Assembly: GCF_964355755.1 (NCBI RefSeq)
Contig: NC_092676.1
Location: 30,088,871 to 30,152,870 of the forward strand
DNA: 64,000 bases
From: Antedon mediterranea
Lineage: Eukaryota > Animalia > Echinodermata
Direction: 5' to 3'
The notes below the pieces were generated by a model that saw nothing but the letters and a program-made list of their open reading frames with translations, was not told the DNA's origin and did no database searches. This document shows positions 23,201 through 34,600 of the stretch, in pieces; position 1 is the stretch's first letter; the number at the start of each line of letters is the position of its first letter. Position numbers and translations under genes: made by a program.

Positions 23201-26200
23201 AGTAAGGAAAGGTTCATTGGTTCAGGAGTGGTTACAATCACCTTGTTTAATTCACTACTAAACAAGATACCGCTACCTGTTAATGTTACCATGAGACACC
23301 TAAAGGTACGTTTCGCTTGAAGGTAATATATCAATAAGTATTGTTTTCAATTGTGTTTTTAATCACATTATTTTAAGTTTAAGACATAACAACTATAAAT
23401 GTATTGGATATGTTTTTCAGAGTGTAACTGAACGAATATTAGCAGATGACTTAATAACGGAATGTGTTTTTTGGAATGTTACATACAAGTAAGTGTATTG
23501 TTTAGTTAGGCAAGTCAAGTGACTTGACGTGACTTGACATGACTTGACATAACTTGAAATGACGGAAAGTCACTTGACCTGACATGACGTGACGTAACTA
23601 GACTTAACTAGATGTGACTGGACTAGAAATGACGTGACTAGACGTGCCGGCTTGACGTGATTTGACTAGACTTGACGTGACTTAACTAGATTGACTGGAT
23701 TAGACGTGCGACCTCACGTGCTAATAATACGATAATATTATGTGGTGCTATGGTTTAACGCTTACTTTTATTCATATTCTATACATTACCGTAACTTACT
23801 CACTATATGTTTATGCCGTCACAGAGAGTGGTTTGATAGTGATTGTATAACTTTCCACGAATCACATAACTCGACCACCTGTATATGTGATCACACAACA
23901 AGTTATGCAATACTAGTCGGAAGTGACGTCATGAATTTAAACTCTGGCCCACAAGAGGCACTGTCAATGATAACCACAATCCTTTGCGTTTCTTCTGTTT
24001 GTTGCTTGTGTTTAACCTTATTGGTCTACATGTATTTTGAGTGAGTAAAGAATAACAGAAATAACAGTCACGTATAGGCATCTATAGATATACATTTACG
24101 TTAGGGTAAAATCGCGCGAAACGATGCTGGGGCATAAACCAATGGTAAACATAAGCTCTCGATCCACTATCTCATTCTCTTTTCAAATTCACTCGTTTGA
24201 TTTTTGCGTTGCTGTTCTATTATTAGTCAACTGAAGCTATAATTGTTAATTGAAAGGTTTGTTACATAACCATTACACCAAACTCGCATACACATGCTAT
24301 TGTAGTTAAATTAGCGTAAATCACAAACAGCATTAAGACACACACAAATAAATATAATATTTTTTACCGGAGAAATCTTATGTAGGAGAATTTTACAGTA
24401 GGCGGAGGTATGCACTCTTGGAGTGGCTTTCTAGTTCTTAAGTGCAATCCATTTTACTTTTACTTAGCGAATTAAGGCACTCGGAGCGAAATAACATTCA
24501 CAAAAACTTGGTATTATCGCTACTATTGGCTCAACTATTTTTCTTGGTTGGTGTGGATAACGTTAAAGAAAAGGTAATTTAGCAATATGACATTCAAGTT
24601 GTAACCATGGACAGTTATTAGTGACGCAACGCAAGGACGTATGCGCAATGCAAATGAGTTGACCAATGACAAGCCACTGTTCCAATAATCCATCGCTGTG
24701 ATTGGTCAAATCACTTATTGTGATTTGTATAATTACGAACGTACTTCCAAAATCGTTAAGTGGAGACAAATCAGATAATAGGCCTAAAAAAATCATAAAA
24801 AAATCTTTTTTTTTTACAGAGATTATGCACAGCAATCGCCATTATTCTTCATTATCTATACTTATGTGTGTTTACATGGATGACAATCGAAGGTGTAAAT
24901 CTTTACCTTAAAATCGTCCGCGTCTTCAATTCAGATATACTGAGCATGCGTGCGTATATGATAATAGGGTGGGGTTTACCAGTGGTTATTGTTGGTGTCT
25001 CTGTCGCAGTCTGCATTGATGGTTATGGGATGGTAACCAACAACACGGACGAACCTTACATGTAAGTAAACAGGTGACATGCAACTAATCCTCGAAAGTA
25101 AGGTCCACGATACAGTTGTTAATTAATTTCATTTTAACGTCATGTAGTTTTATTATCATTACTATGTAACTAAGTTCAGCACAATTTTGATTGTATTTTT
25201 TTTTCTTTTATTGAAGATGCTGGATAGATATAACCAGTCCCCTTCTGTATGCATTTATTAGTCCAATACTTGTTACCATTTTGGTATGTTTGTAATGTTC
25301 AATTTTTCTAAAATAAATTAATAAACCGTGTATCTGATATAAAACTCTATCTACACTATCAAACTGTTAATATTCACTCATTTTATTTTGAAGGTAAATT
25401 CATTTGTGTCCGTAATCGTCGGTAGAATAATTTTCAAAAAAAGTGACAGTAACGAAAGATGGAAAGATGCCAGGTTTGTAGACTATTAACAAATCGTATA
25501 AAGCTCCGTCTACTATCAAATTGATGTGATGTGCCCAAATATGGTAGTGATATGACGTCATCGTGTCCATATATTGACACATCACATTTTTTTGTCACCT
25601 AAAGTTTGAAACTGTAGACGGGGCTTAAAGCTTGGTTCCCACTAGCTACGCAACGCAAGGACGTAAAGCAACGCAAGTGATTTGACCAATGACAAGCGAT
25701 GGATTATTTGAACAGTGGCATGGCTTGTCATTGGTCAACTCGCATGCGTTACGTCTCTAGGTAGGAACCACGCTTAAGATTATATCTAATTCATAGACAT
25801 CATAGGGAATCTTGCGTTTGGGATGCGGGATTGTGCCTCCCTTGAGAAAACGACTGTTTGGCAATAATATTGATTGTTGTATGTTTAACTTATAATTTAG
25901 GTCAACTTTGAAAGGTGTGGTGACTTTGCTACCACTTTTAGGCTTGCCGTGGATACTTTGCCTGTTTGCCAAGAACTCAAGTATAGCTTTAGCAACCATT
26001 TTTACCGTGTGTAATGCACCGCAGGGAGTGTTTCTTTTCTGTACTCATTGCTTGTTCAGCAAAGAGGTTTGTATCACTTGCATATGTGTAAATTACGGGG
26101 CGCCGTTCAGGACATTGCTAATTTTGTCGATAAAATACAACTGTGTGCCCGTTGTAAATCACTCGACTATTATGTCGGCCAATAATCATTAATTTTATTT

Positions 26201-26578
26201 ATGTGTATGCATTAGTATCAATCAAGCGTAACGGATTACACGCGCCGCCATCACAGGACAGTACGCGCAACGCAAGTAATTTGACCAATCATAAGAATTT
26301 ATATATACAGTAAAATAAAAAGAATAAGTAAATATTGTATTGCAGGTTCGAACTGTGATGAAGTCACGCTGGTTGCGACGAAAAGCTCAGTCCAGTATCG
26401 GCCCACAAACATTGACAGTAAGACAACCTTCTGCTTAGTATTTCGATCTTCTGCTAATATTTTGTGTATGTGACGATTATGGTGCTTAATCACGTAATTA
26501 AAACGGTATTATTTCTTATTTCAGAAAACATCAACCACTGTGACAACCAATGCTCTGCCTCGGGTTGAGAGCAACTAA
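8265..26578 (+). CDS. Adhesion GPCR, copy 2: signal peptide-SRCR-CTL-CTL-FA58C(discoidin)-EGF-Thr-rich mucin stalk-GAIN/GPS-7TM, with a 1-nt frameshift at ~20670. Exons ~8265-8322, 8655-8966, 14305-14577, 15441-15566, 17311-17544, 18379-18498, 19227-19534, 19930-20065, 20216-20332, 20470-20866, 21114-21142, 21591-21755, 21959-22000, 22346-22454, 22574-22696, 22796-22862, 23194-23305, 23421-23488, 23825-24040, 24468-24573, 24820-25061, 25217-25283, 25394-25473, 25901-26066, 26346-26417, 26525-26578
   Basis: Phase-compatible GT-AG exons. SRCR (GRLEV..WGTVCED..C..IWL..C.G.E..L..C.H..WG..C.H..D..I.C); two CTLDs (WLALND..., WQVGEPND..EEC, C..VCEK); FA58C (LGMEDSTIPD..WIQADLG..FDGNFDRNT..ARFIRI..IRFELIGC); EGF (C.NG..C..Y.C.C..GYSGRNCE); GPS; 7TM nearly identical to copy 1. 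Confidence 0.88.
9050..10755 (+). mobile_element. Penelope-like retroelement, 5'-truncated (RT + GIY-YIG endonuclease ORF 9078-10655), in GPCR intron 2
   Basis: LPKIHK..LRPIV, SFDVVSLFT, GIAMGSPISP, RYVDD, YRKPTHTDQYL, GVIYEVTC..C...YIGETGR...R..H. A 10-bp direct repeat AGTAAAAACA at 9040-9049 and 10756-10765 is the likely TSD. Confidence 0.95.
10668..10705 (+). ncRNA. Minimal hammerhead-ribozyme-like motif in the Penelope 3' terminal region
   Basis: TTGAGAAG-GATCTCT-gat-AGAGATC-GAAAC-GTTC: a degenerate CUGANGA core, stem II and GAAA, followed by GTAAGT. Confidence 0.5.
10785..11119. repeat. 28-bp minisatellite CTTACCATACGTCACCATTAACATGGTG, about 12 near-perfect copies
   Basis: Direct reading. 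No spacers. Confidence 0.95.
11120..14200 (+). mobile_element. Degenerate Tx1/L1-clade LINE ORF2, interrupted by an RTE element at ~12101-13432
   Basis: KSPGSDGL..EFY, NWRPITLL, DFTKAFD, RQGCPLS, QLADD, SGLKLNKNKT. After the insert: SLKLSWVKRL and a C-terminal CQKC...HMLYTC..VW zinc knuckle. Many stops and frameshifts. Confidence 0.88.
12101..13432 (+). mobile_element. 5'-truncated RTE-clade LINE nested in the Tx1 element
   Basis: LPLPKKGDLQLCGNYRTISLICHASKIMLKII, GVRHGCILSP.LFNIY, YADD, ETWVL..FENKCYRR.LRVPW, GKRRRGRP. The 3' tail is (GAC)n. Confidence 0.9.
15150..15310. repeat. Short AT-rich direct and inverted repeat cluster (tcttagttttaaatagagatatc / aaaactaagatatc)
   Basis: Repeated gatatc-centred palindromic units. 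Confidence 0.6.
16331..17004 (+). mobile_element. Helentron-type HINE, copy 2, inserted inside a MITE-A copy
   Basis: Same termini as 6930-7820. The MITE-A left part (16205-16320) and its right TIR (tagtgtagacagagctt, ~17005-17021) flank it. Confidence 0.8.
17061..17290. repeat. 33-bp minisatellite ACGTCGGGATCTACTGTAATTCAGTACTACTAC, about 7 copies, just upstream of the CTL2 exon acceptor
   Basis: Direct reading. Confidence 0.95.
18062..18774. mobile_element. Two MITE family D copies (18062-18246 and 18559-18774; TIR GGCCAACTCAGA) flanking exon 18379-18498
   Basis: aggccaactcaga...tctgagttggcct termini and shared internal gacgactcgtc / cagcaccgacgagtc motifs. Confidence 0.75.
20472..20820 (+). 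repeat. Coding 30-bp tandem repeat (TTSLTTGQST)n, mucin-like stalk
   Basis: About 11 units of gtctacgaccacgtctttgaccacaggtca, with one extra T at ~20670. Confidence 0.95.
21191..21552 (+). mobile_element. 5S rRNA-derived SINE (SINE3-type); 5S-like head ~21191-21296
   Basis: ACCGGTTCTCGTCAGATCACTGAAGTTAAGCAACG...GGTTAGAGCTTGGATGGGAAACC..TGGGAGTATCGGGTGCTGTA matches metazoan 5S rRNA (box A and box C). It lacks a T-run terminator and continues into a ~250-bp body ending in (CA)n. Confidence 0.75.
24176..24436 (+). mobile_element. 3' partial Helentron-type HINE, copy 3
   Basis: Matches the 3' third of 6930-7820 and 16331-17004. Absent from the paralogous intron of GPCR copy 1. Confidence 0.8.
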
Positions 26579-26973
26579 TAGCTGTGTACTTATTTTTTAG
26601 TTTCGACTCAAATTATTGGCTTGCTTCTTGCTGAAACAATGCGAATGTGAACAATAGCTAGCTTATGTTACAAATCCTGCGCACCACAGAGACACTGAAA
26701 GGGGCAGTGGCCCCCGCTTTATTCTTTCATCTTCATCAATGACACCCGTTGTCTATTTTTTCAGTGCGTACTGAAACAAGCTACAACTGACTGACGCTAA
26801 ATATATATTAAAACAAATTGATCATACCTAATATCAACTCAAGAAATATACCAAACGTTAATATATGCCCATTCTTTTTAGCCAAGCACGTGTTCTCCTA
26901 TGTTATCATGGAGGTATTTCTTACCTTCATGATGTTTTGTATTGCACCAAAGGAAGGGCTGTTAAGTGTTAAG

Positions 26974-27806
26974 TATGGAACGCCGTTTACGCAACATTTC
27001 AATGATATGAATTTTATGACGCGATATGTGAATGAAATGCATCGATATGAATTGAATGGCGCGATATATGAATGAAATGTTTTGAATTGAATGCTTTGAA
27101 TTGAATGTTTTGAATGAAATGTTTTGAATAAATTGTTTTGAATGCAATGTTTTGAATGAAATGTTTTGAATTAAATGTTTTGAATTAAATGTTTTAAATG
27201 AAATGTTTTGAATGAAATGTTTGAATTGAATTGAAAAGTCAAACTATTGGTGGCGTATGTCATTCCCGCTCGCGATTTTTTTCTCAACCTCTTAGGCCTA
27301 AGCGTGGGTACCCTCATCTCCACGCTGCCTTTACAGAGAATCCTAACAGACCTGGGTCCGGAAATATGTATTCCAATGTTTCAGGTCTTAGGATTCTCTG
27401 TAAAGGATCCATATTGATGACAGCGTGGAAAGGAGATGAGGGTACCCAGGCTTAGGCCTAAGAGGTTAAAACAAAATCGCGAGCGGGAATGACATACACC
27501 GCCAATAGTTTGACTTTTCAATTCAATTCAAACATTTCATTCAAAACATTTCATTCAAAACATTTCATTCAAAACATTTCATTCAAAACATTTCGTTCAA
27601 AACATTTCATTCAAAACATTTTATTCAAAACATTCAATTCAAAACATTTCATTCAAAACATTTCATTCAAAACATTCAATTCAAAACATTCAATTCAAAA
27701 CATTTCATTCATATATCGCGCCATTCAATTCATATCGATGCATTTCATTCACATATCGCGTCATAAAATTCATATCATCAAAATGTTGCGTAAACGGCGT
27801 TCCATA
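26974..27806. mobile_element. 833-bp foldback (near-perfect palindromic) element with 14-bp satellite arms
   Basis: TATGGAACGCCGTTTACGCAACATTT...AAATGTTGCGTAAACGGCGTTCCATA. The arms carry (TTTTGAATGAAATG)n and its complement. GTTAAG lies on both sides. The paralogous site at ~6215-6225 is empty. Confidence 0.9.
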
Positions 27807-28019
27807 GTTAAGTATGTACTTAGTATCGTCTGTGCTATGGTTATATCCGTTTCATACATTTATCATTTATTATTTATTTAACTTTTTAAATCATGTTGTA
27901 TATATCATAATTAGTAGTCTGATCTCATAGACGTATTAAATTACAACTAGAGGCATTTATAACAAAATAAATGGAGAACGACTTAACTTTAAAAAGTTAG
28001 CAAAGTTTTTGTTTGGAAA

Positions 28020-28213
28020 GTTACTTTATAGAGGGCGCTATAACAAACTTTGTCGAATCGATCGTGTGTGATCTTCTTCCTCCACCCTGTTGTTGTGCTG
28101 CTGAAAAAAGTAGCCGCGATAAAAGAGAGCGCGAGTGTCATGTCTATTTAAATGTTTTAGCATGGAGTAGCCTAGCTGGCAGAACGACGATGCTGACAAA
28201 AGAGAGATAAGAG
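28020..28213 (+). promoter_or_regulatory. Putative promoter and first (probably non-coding) exon of the Sfi1-like gene
   Basis: CpG-richer stretch with a TAGAGGGCGC motif (28029-28038), a strong donor AG|GTAAGT at 28213/28214 and a CTAG-rich first intron. Confidence 0.55.
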
Positions 28214-28665
28214 GTAAGTATGCACTAATACAATTCATACTAGGCCTAGTTAGTAGACTTAGTTTTGTGGCATTCATAGTTTTATACACTATGGTACGTG
28301 CATAGCCTAGCTAGGCCGGAGTTAGCCTAGTCTCTAGCTGAATCCGACTGTCACTAGTCAGGCCGCCAGGTCGGGTCCAGGAGGTGGACTGTTCTCTGAA
28401 GAGGCAGACTGTAGTGCTAGGTAACCGTATGGAACGCCAAAATATCAAAAATTTACACAAATAAAAAAAAGTATGACTACTAGGACTATTAACACTAGGA
28501 ACTGGGCCATAATAATTATTAATATAATTACTATGCTATATCATTAGTTAGTTAGTCAAGTTTTACCACTGAGTGACTCAACAAAGTCATTTGACATTAA
28601 TAAGTTTGTTTTCTTATTCTGCAGATGGATGGAGTATTATTGGTATTACAGTACATCTGATAAAA

Positions 28666-31600
28666 ATGGAATTTAAACATAAAAGAATTCCTGGAAGGAC
28701 TGTTTCCAGGGAACTCTTCAAAAATCACGAAACATCAGCAAGGAACCAAAGAAGTAGACGGAAACATCAGCAAGAGAATGTTGGTGTTCCATTAGAGCTA
28801 GCGTCAAGACAGTCTTTAAACTCTAGGCAAAATGTACTCTCATCATCTGCACTCAAAACATCCGCACTCAAAACATCCGCACTCAAAACATCCGCACTCA
28901 AAACATCCGCACTCAAATCGTCTGATGTTGATAATTTAAGTGCTATTGCAATTCAATCTCCAAATTCGTACAGAAGTCATTGTGCGCATTATGACTGGAT
29001 GAAGCAGGAGAATGCTCCTGCTCTGTCACGGTCCATGCCAATGACATTAAAAGACCTCCACGAAGGAAATGATGATTGGAGGAATCCTGAAGAAACCCAA
29101 AGAACCTTCAGCAATTCTTCAAGGTCAATGACATTAAAAGACCTAGAAGATGAAGATTACGTCAGAAGGACGTCTTATCACCACTCGCGACCTCTGACAT
29201 TGGAAAGAAACTTACACCATCAGGAGATGAGAAACAGCTACCACTATTCAAGCTCCATACCAGTTAATACCTCTTCGCAGACATCGCATAGTTCCTGGAA
29301 TGAACAACCAGATTTATTCCTTCCGGATTATTCCCAACGTCTAAGTAATCTACTTGTAGATGATATTGATGCTAAAGCAATTCAGAGACAAAGTCCATCA
29401 CCAAGAACGAAACTTAAAAATCTTCTATACATGGTAAGTGATTGCGAGTTTACTTATATGTGATAGGTCAATAGAAAGCACAAGGTTTTATTAGGTGTAA
29501 AGTCTATACTTTGTTACTGCTTCAGTTTCTTCAATTTTTAATTAAAACATTTCATAATAATTATTGATTCATATCTGATTCAAATCATTTATACTTCTCA
29601 ATGACTTAAATGCTTCTTTGTTTCTGTTGTATAGTCCTTTTATTATAAATTGAAATGGTGGTCCAACACTTTCAGGCAGTTTTGTTGTAGTGTTGCCTTT
29701 GCATATATTTTTCCACTTTTCAGTAGTTTATTTTTAATAGAATAAAGTTATGTTTGTATAGCAATTTAAGTGTCATAGACATTCAAGACATTCAAAATTG
29801 TATGCAAATATTTCAGAATGTAAGTTAATCAGATTTGTTTATCTTTTTTTTTTCATTTAGAGTGATGATTGTGGTATGACGTCTAGCACTGTAAAGTCAA
29901 CTAGTTTATCACCGCCGGCAGGATATGGTCAAAGGTATGTTTGATTAAATAGTATAATTAAATTAACAATAATACACAGATTGTAATTGTCAACTGTACA
30001 GTATCACCGGTCTAAAAAAAATCCTTTCTATCATCTTTTCAAATAAAGTTGTATGTTTTTCCAAAATAAACCCATAAAAAATATTGTTGGGATAGTAATG
30101 GCAAAAGAAAATCAATATTTAAGCCACTGTACTGCTGTAGTACTTTACAGTAATAAACATGGTCCTTTTAGTTTACTCTTAATGTTTGGTGATTTACGAT
30201 GTAGGGAGAATGGTAAAGGAACGGGGTGATGGGTTAGTGTTTGTTGCTATGGTGACAGTATTGTGCACTTGGTTGTTTTACACTCCAGGAGATTAAGCAA
30301 TAAAATAGACTCTAGTGAAATTAGAGGTCAACCTGACCTTAACTGGCTTTTTAAAGTTTAATGATATTATTTTTTTGTAGTAAGAATTTATATTAAGTAT
30401 TACTTTAATATTGTAAATGGTATACGAGCACATTAATTTAGGAACATCTTTTCAACATTATCACCACCACTAAGCAAATGTGCAAATTCATGTCAATATT
30501 TAATTAAATGATGGGTGGAAATACAAACAAAAGTTTACAAAGAGATCATTGTTGTAGATCTGTAAAAACTGGACTTGACAACTACTATTGACAGACTTAG
30601 ACTATGCTTTAAACAAATACCGTAAAAGAAAGTACAAACTTAAAACTCACTAAGTGACACATGTACACATCGTAAGTCAACATTGAGCCTACAATGATAT
30701 GAACGTTTAAGTAAATACAATATTTCCATAGACTACAATATGTATTTGGTTAACTGATGTATATATGTGTGTGCTGGGTTTTGTTATATAGAATACATTG
30801 TAGAATGCTTATTCCCAAAGGGCAGTACTCTCGTTCAAGTTATGTTGGGGGAATCATGGGATGGACCACCATTGGAGATATTTTGTTATGTATTTTTCAA
30901 ATTTCAACTGTACAGTATTTCATTCGTTAAAATGTTGCAGTTGCTTAGTTGCAAATATTATTGAAGATTCTAAATATGCTAAGTGAAAACTAAAATGTTA
31001 ACAGACATACAGATAATTAAAAGCTTTGTCAATATGTAGTACAATATGGTGGATACAAAACAAAACAAAGATTTTTACAAATATACAGAAGAGTATTTTG
31101 ATTCCATTTATATAAATATAAATAAAAGCCTTGTCAAAATTTAGTAATGGTAGATACACAACAAAACAAAGGTCTTTATTTACAGTATATTTCAGTTGAT
31201 TACTGTTATTAGTGATGTAACCAACGTGTCTTGTTATTTGGAAATGCCATTATTAATTTGGCAAATTGAATCTGCTGCTGCCTGGGGCTAGTTCAGCTGA
31301 GTAAATCATGTTCTTCTCTCAGAATAATTATGGTAATGGAACGAGATTGGTTTTTGTCTCTGATTGGAAGCTCTAAGGAGATGGACTTTAATGCTGTAAA
31401 ACAAATGAATACATTAAGCGCAGTGAATTTCTGATTTTTAATTCATTAAACATAAAATATTAATTTGTTTTTGACTACAATAGTGTAGGTATAATCTATT
31501 TTTCTTGTCAAGATCGCTCATCCAATAAACAAAATACAAAAACAGAAAGTCGTCATCATTATATTATTTATTATTTTGCTTATTATGTGTGTTTATGTTT

Positions 31601-34600
31601 ATTTAAAATCATTAAATTATAGTGTATAAGAACTACATACAGATGTTACGACTACGAGTATAGAAGGTTTTACAATAATTTACTTCCATGGTTTTTAAGT
31701 TTCATTTTTCAACAAGAAATTGTTTCATGCTATTGCAATACAAACAATAATACATATATTGAATTGTTACAAATATTATTAACATTAAAAATACTCCAAA
31801 AAGGTTTAACTTTAAACATTCCAACAATGATGAGAGCAAAGGATATCATTATTGGTACATTAACCCATGGAGGTATTGATTAAACAGACAGATGTTAGAA
31901 TGTCATTGATACCTTAAGTTGGTCTCTTGCATTACAAGCTAATTAATGCCCAGTGTTTGTATGCCAAACATTCCAAATGAATGAGTGTAAACGAACAGTT
32001 TCTGCTGACAACACTATCCCCACTTGCCCTGTGGGGGTCAAATAGTGTTTAATGAAGCGAATAAAATTTCATATGCACCACAATCCATGGAGGCTCAAAT
32101 ATTATACAGTACCTCCATAAATAATAATAATCTTTATTGTCAACAAAAATAATTGACAAATGGTGAACAGAACATCAGCATTATATGTCTTGTCCATTAA
32201 AAATTGAAATTTGTCAAAAGAAACTCTTACATGATAACATTCATATAATATATTCCATTGGGTAGCTGCATTTATACACTGCAATATGCAGTAATAACTG
32301 TCTATTGTCCAATGGGCTATATTAATTAACACTATCCGATATTGCTATTAACACTATCCGATATTGCTATTAACACTATCCGATATTGCTATTAACACTA
32401 TCCGATATTGCTATTAACACTATCCGATATTGCTATTAACACTAATAGTACTTTTCCATTGGATTTCACATTATTGATTTTGAAACAAGAAATTCACATG
32501 TTAGATACATAATATATAAATCATAAACAATAACACAAAAGTGTGCATTTCAAATATTAATAAAAGGTCTTTTGTTTGTAAGAAAAATATCCGTTTATTT
32601 TGATATTTGATATTGTTTTTCCCGATCATTGCATTAATCCAAGTTACTAATATTAGCATTTTCTATGATACTGTTGTAAATGCCTTCAGGCTATGTCGGC
32701 TTTGTTCTCACAAGTTATTCACAGATGGTAGTATGGGTGCACTATTACCGTCCATATTTCTGCATTGTTTTACAGTATATAAATCCAAAAGCAAAATACT
32801 GAAAAAATGACAATGCTGTGGGTATCAGTGGCTGGATCTCAATGGAGATACAAATGAAAAGCTAAATCAAAACGATAAAGTAAAACAGACAGAAAAGTTA
32901 GCATAGCTTTCGGGCAACACTTAGCCCTTCATTTATTCATATAATTATATATAAATAGTTTCTAACTTTGTGTGTTTTTTTCTATAATTTTTATAGAAAA
33001 ACCAGTCCAAGACGAACTGCATCACTTCTGTGGGTTTTCAAGTTACTTGATATTTTACATTGTGTACCACCTGAACAACACCAGCAACTCATTACCAAGG
33101 TATTCTACACATAATTGTCAGTCATCTACTGAATATAAATGTTAAGGTTTTTCGAGAATAGGAGGAGAGTTCATTTGGTACAACATTCAAAGAACTATTG
33201 AATTGAAGATGATCGACTAATCTTATCTCTATATTTTGTTCTTTGATTAGAGACGGCGTTACGTTTTTCAATGGTATATACTGAATATAAATGTTGGGTT
33301 TTTTTTTAGATTCAAGAAATAGTCCATTTGGTTAAGCAATCATGTAAATGTCTCTGTACTCAGCCTTAATAACATAAACATTGTTATGTTTGTTCATCCA
33401 GAGAGAAATAACATGTTTTGCGAGTTTTGTATTTAATATTTACTGTATTAGTTGTATGTTAAAATAAAGTGCATTGATATCCAATTTGGATAAAGTTGAC
33501 AGTTTGAAAGAGAGAGGTGTACAGCCTTAGATAGTGGAGACTGAAGCTTAGGAAAATCATAACATCTAAAGTATGACTCATAATGTATTCTCTTGGGACT
33601 AATGGATTGGATGGCTTTGCATAATGTTCCCAAGTGCCTCATCTATTTTTTTATCTGATTTTTAAAATGAATTCATAATTTTAGGCGTATTGGTTACGAA
33701 GATGGCAAGCGTATGTAAGGAAGGTGAAGGGAGAGAGACTGCTGTTAATTGAGCAACAACAACGGTAATATACATCAACAGAATTTGATATAAAATACAT
33801 CTTTAGGCACTTTTAATTAAACTAGTATTACAACAATCTAAACAAAGATATAAATATCTTGCACTGCCAATAAACAAACACAAGGTCCAACACTAACAAT
33901 AGACCACCTTGTTAAGTTAGAGGCTTAAAATATTGGCTCATCTTCTATACTAAGTAAAGTATTGTTGTGCCTTGTTATTATTACTTATTTAAGAATCTTA
34001 AAGCTATTGTTAAGTATGGTACTTAAAATAAAATAGTCAATATTTGATATTTGCTTAGCTTTCAAACGTGTTACTTAATACAAACTTTGTAGAGTAAACA
34101 AATTATACATTTCAGCGTCTTTTTACTTTATTTAAAGTCAAGTGACCTAGAAATCTCGCCTAGGACTAAGTATACCAATGATTCTTAAATGGACCCTATA
34201 AAAAAAAACAAAAGAGGAAACTATTTTAGAAAAAGGAATGTCTTAAGATTGTTTATATCACAAATCTTTGCAAGTTCTTGGAGTAATTAAGAATTACAGC
34301 CTTAAGCTCTGTCTACATTATCAAACTTGTGATGTGCCGATATATGGACACGATGTCATACCACTATCATAATTATTTGGGTATTAGATGTCCAAAATTA
34401 GTACTTAGTATCATTCCTTATTTCAACTTTGACATATAATTATAAATTTATGTTCCAATTAAATTGATTGTATAAACATGAATTCTGATGTTATTAGCAT
34501 TCTCATCATTCATTATATACAGTCACCTTTCACCTTCATAAGAACCCATTATTCTAATCTAATTAATGTCTTTCTTCTTTGTATTGGAATACAGAGATTA

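Noticed and set aside
27489-27881. 130-aa repetitive ORF (and 26962..27147 on the minus strand)
   Set aside because: Translations of the satellite arms of the foldback element.
29935-32996. Hidden gene in the 3-kb Sfi1-like intron (ORFs 30767, 32102, 32607)
   Set aside because: Short AT-rich ORFs without recognisable motifs or coherent splice structure.
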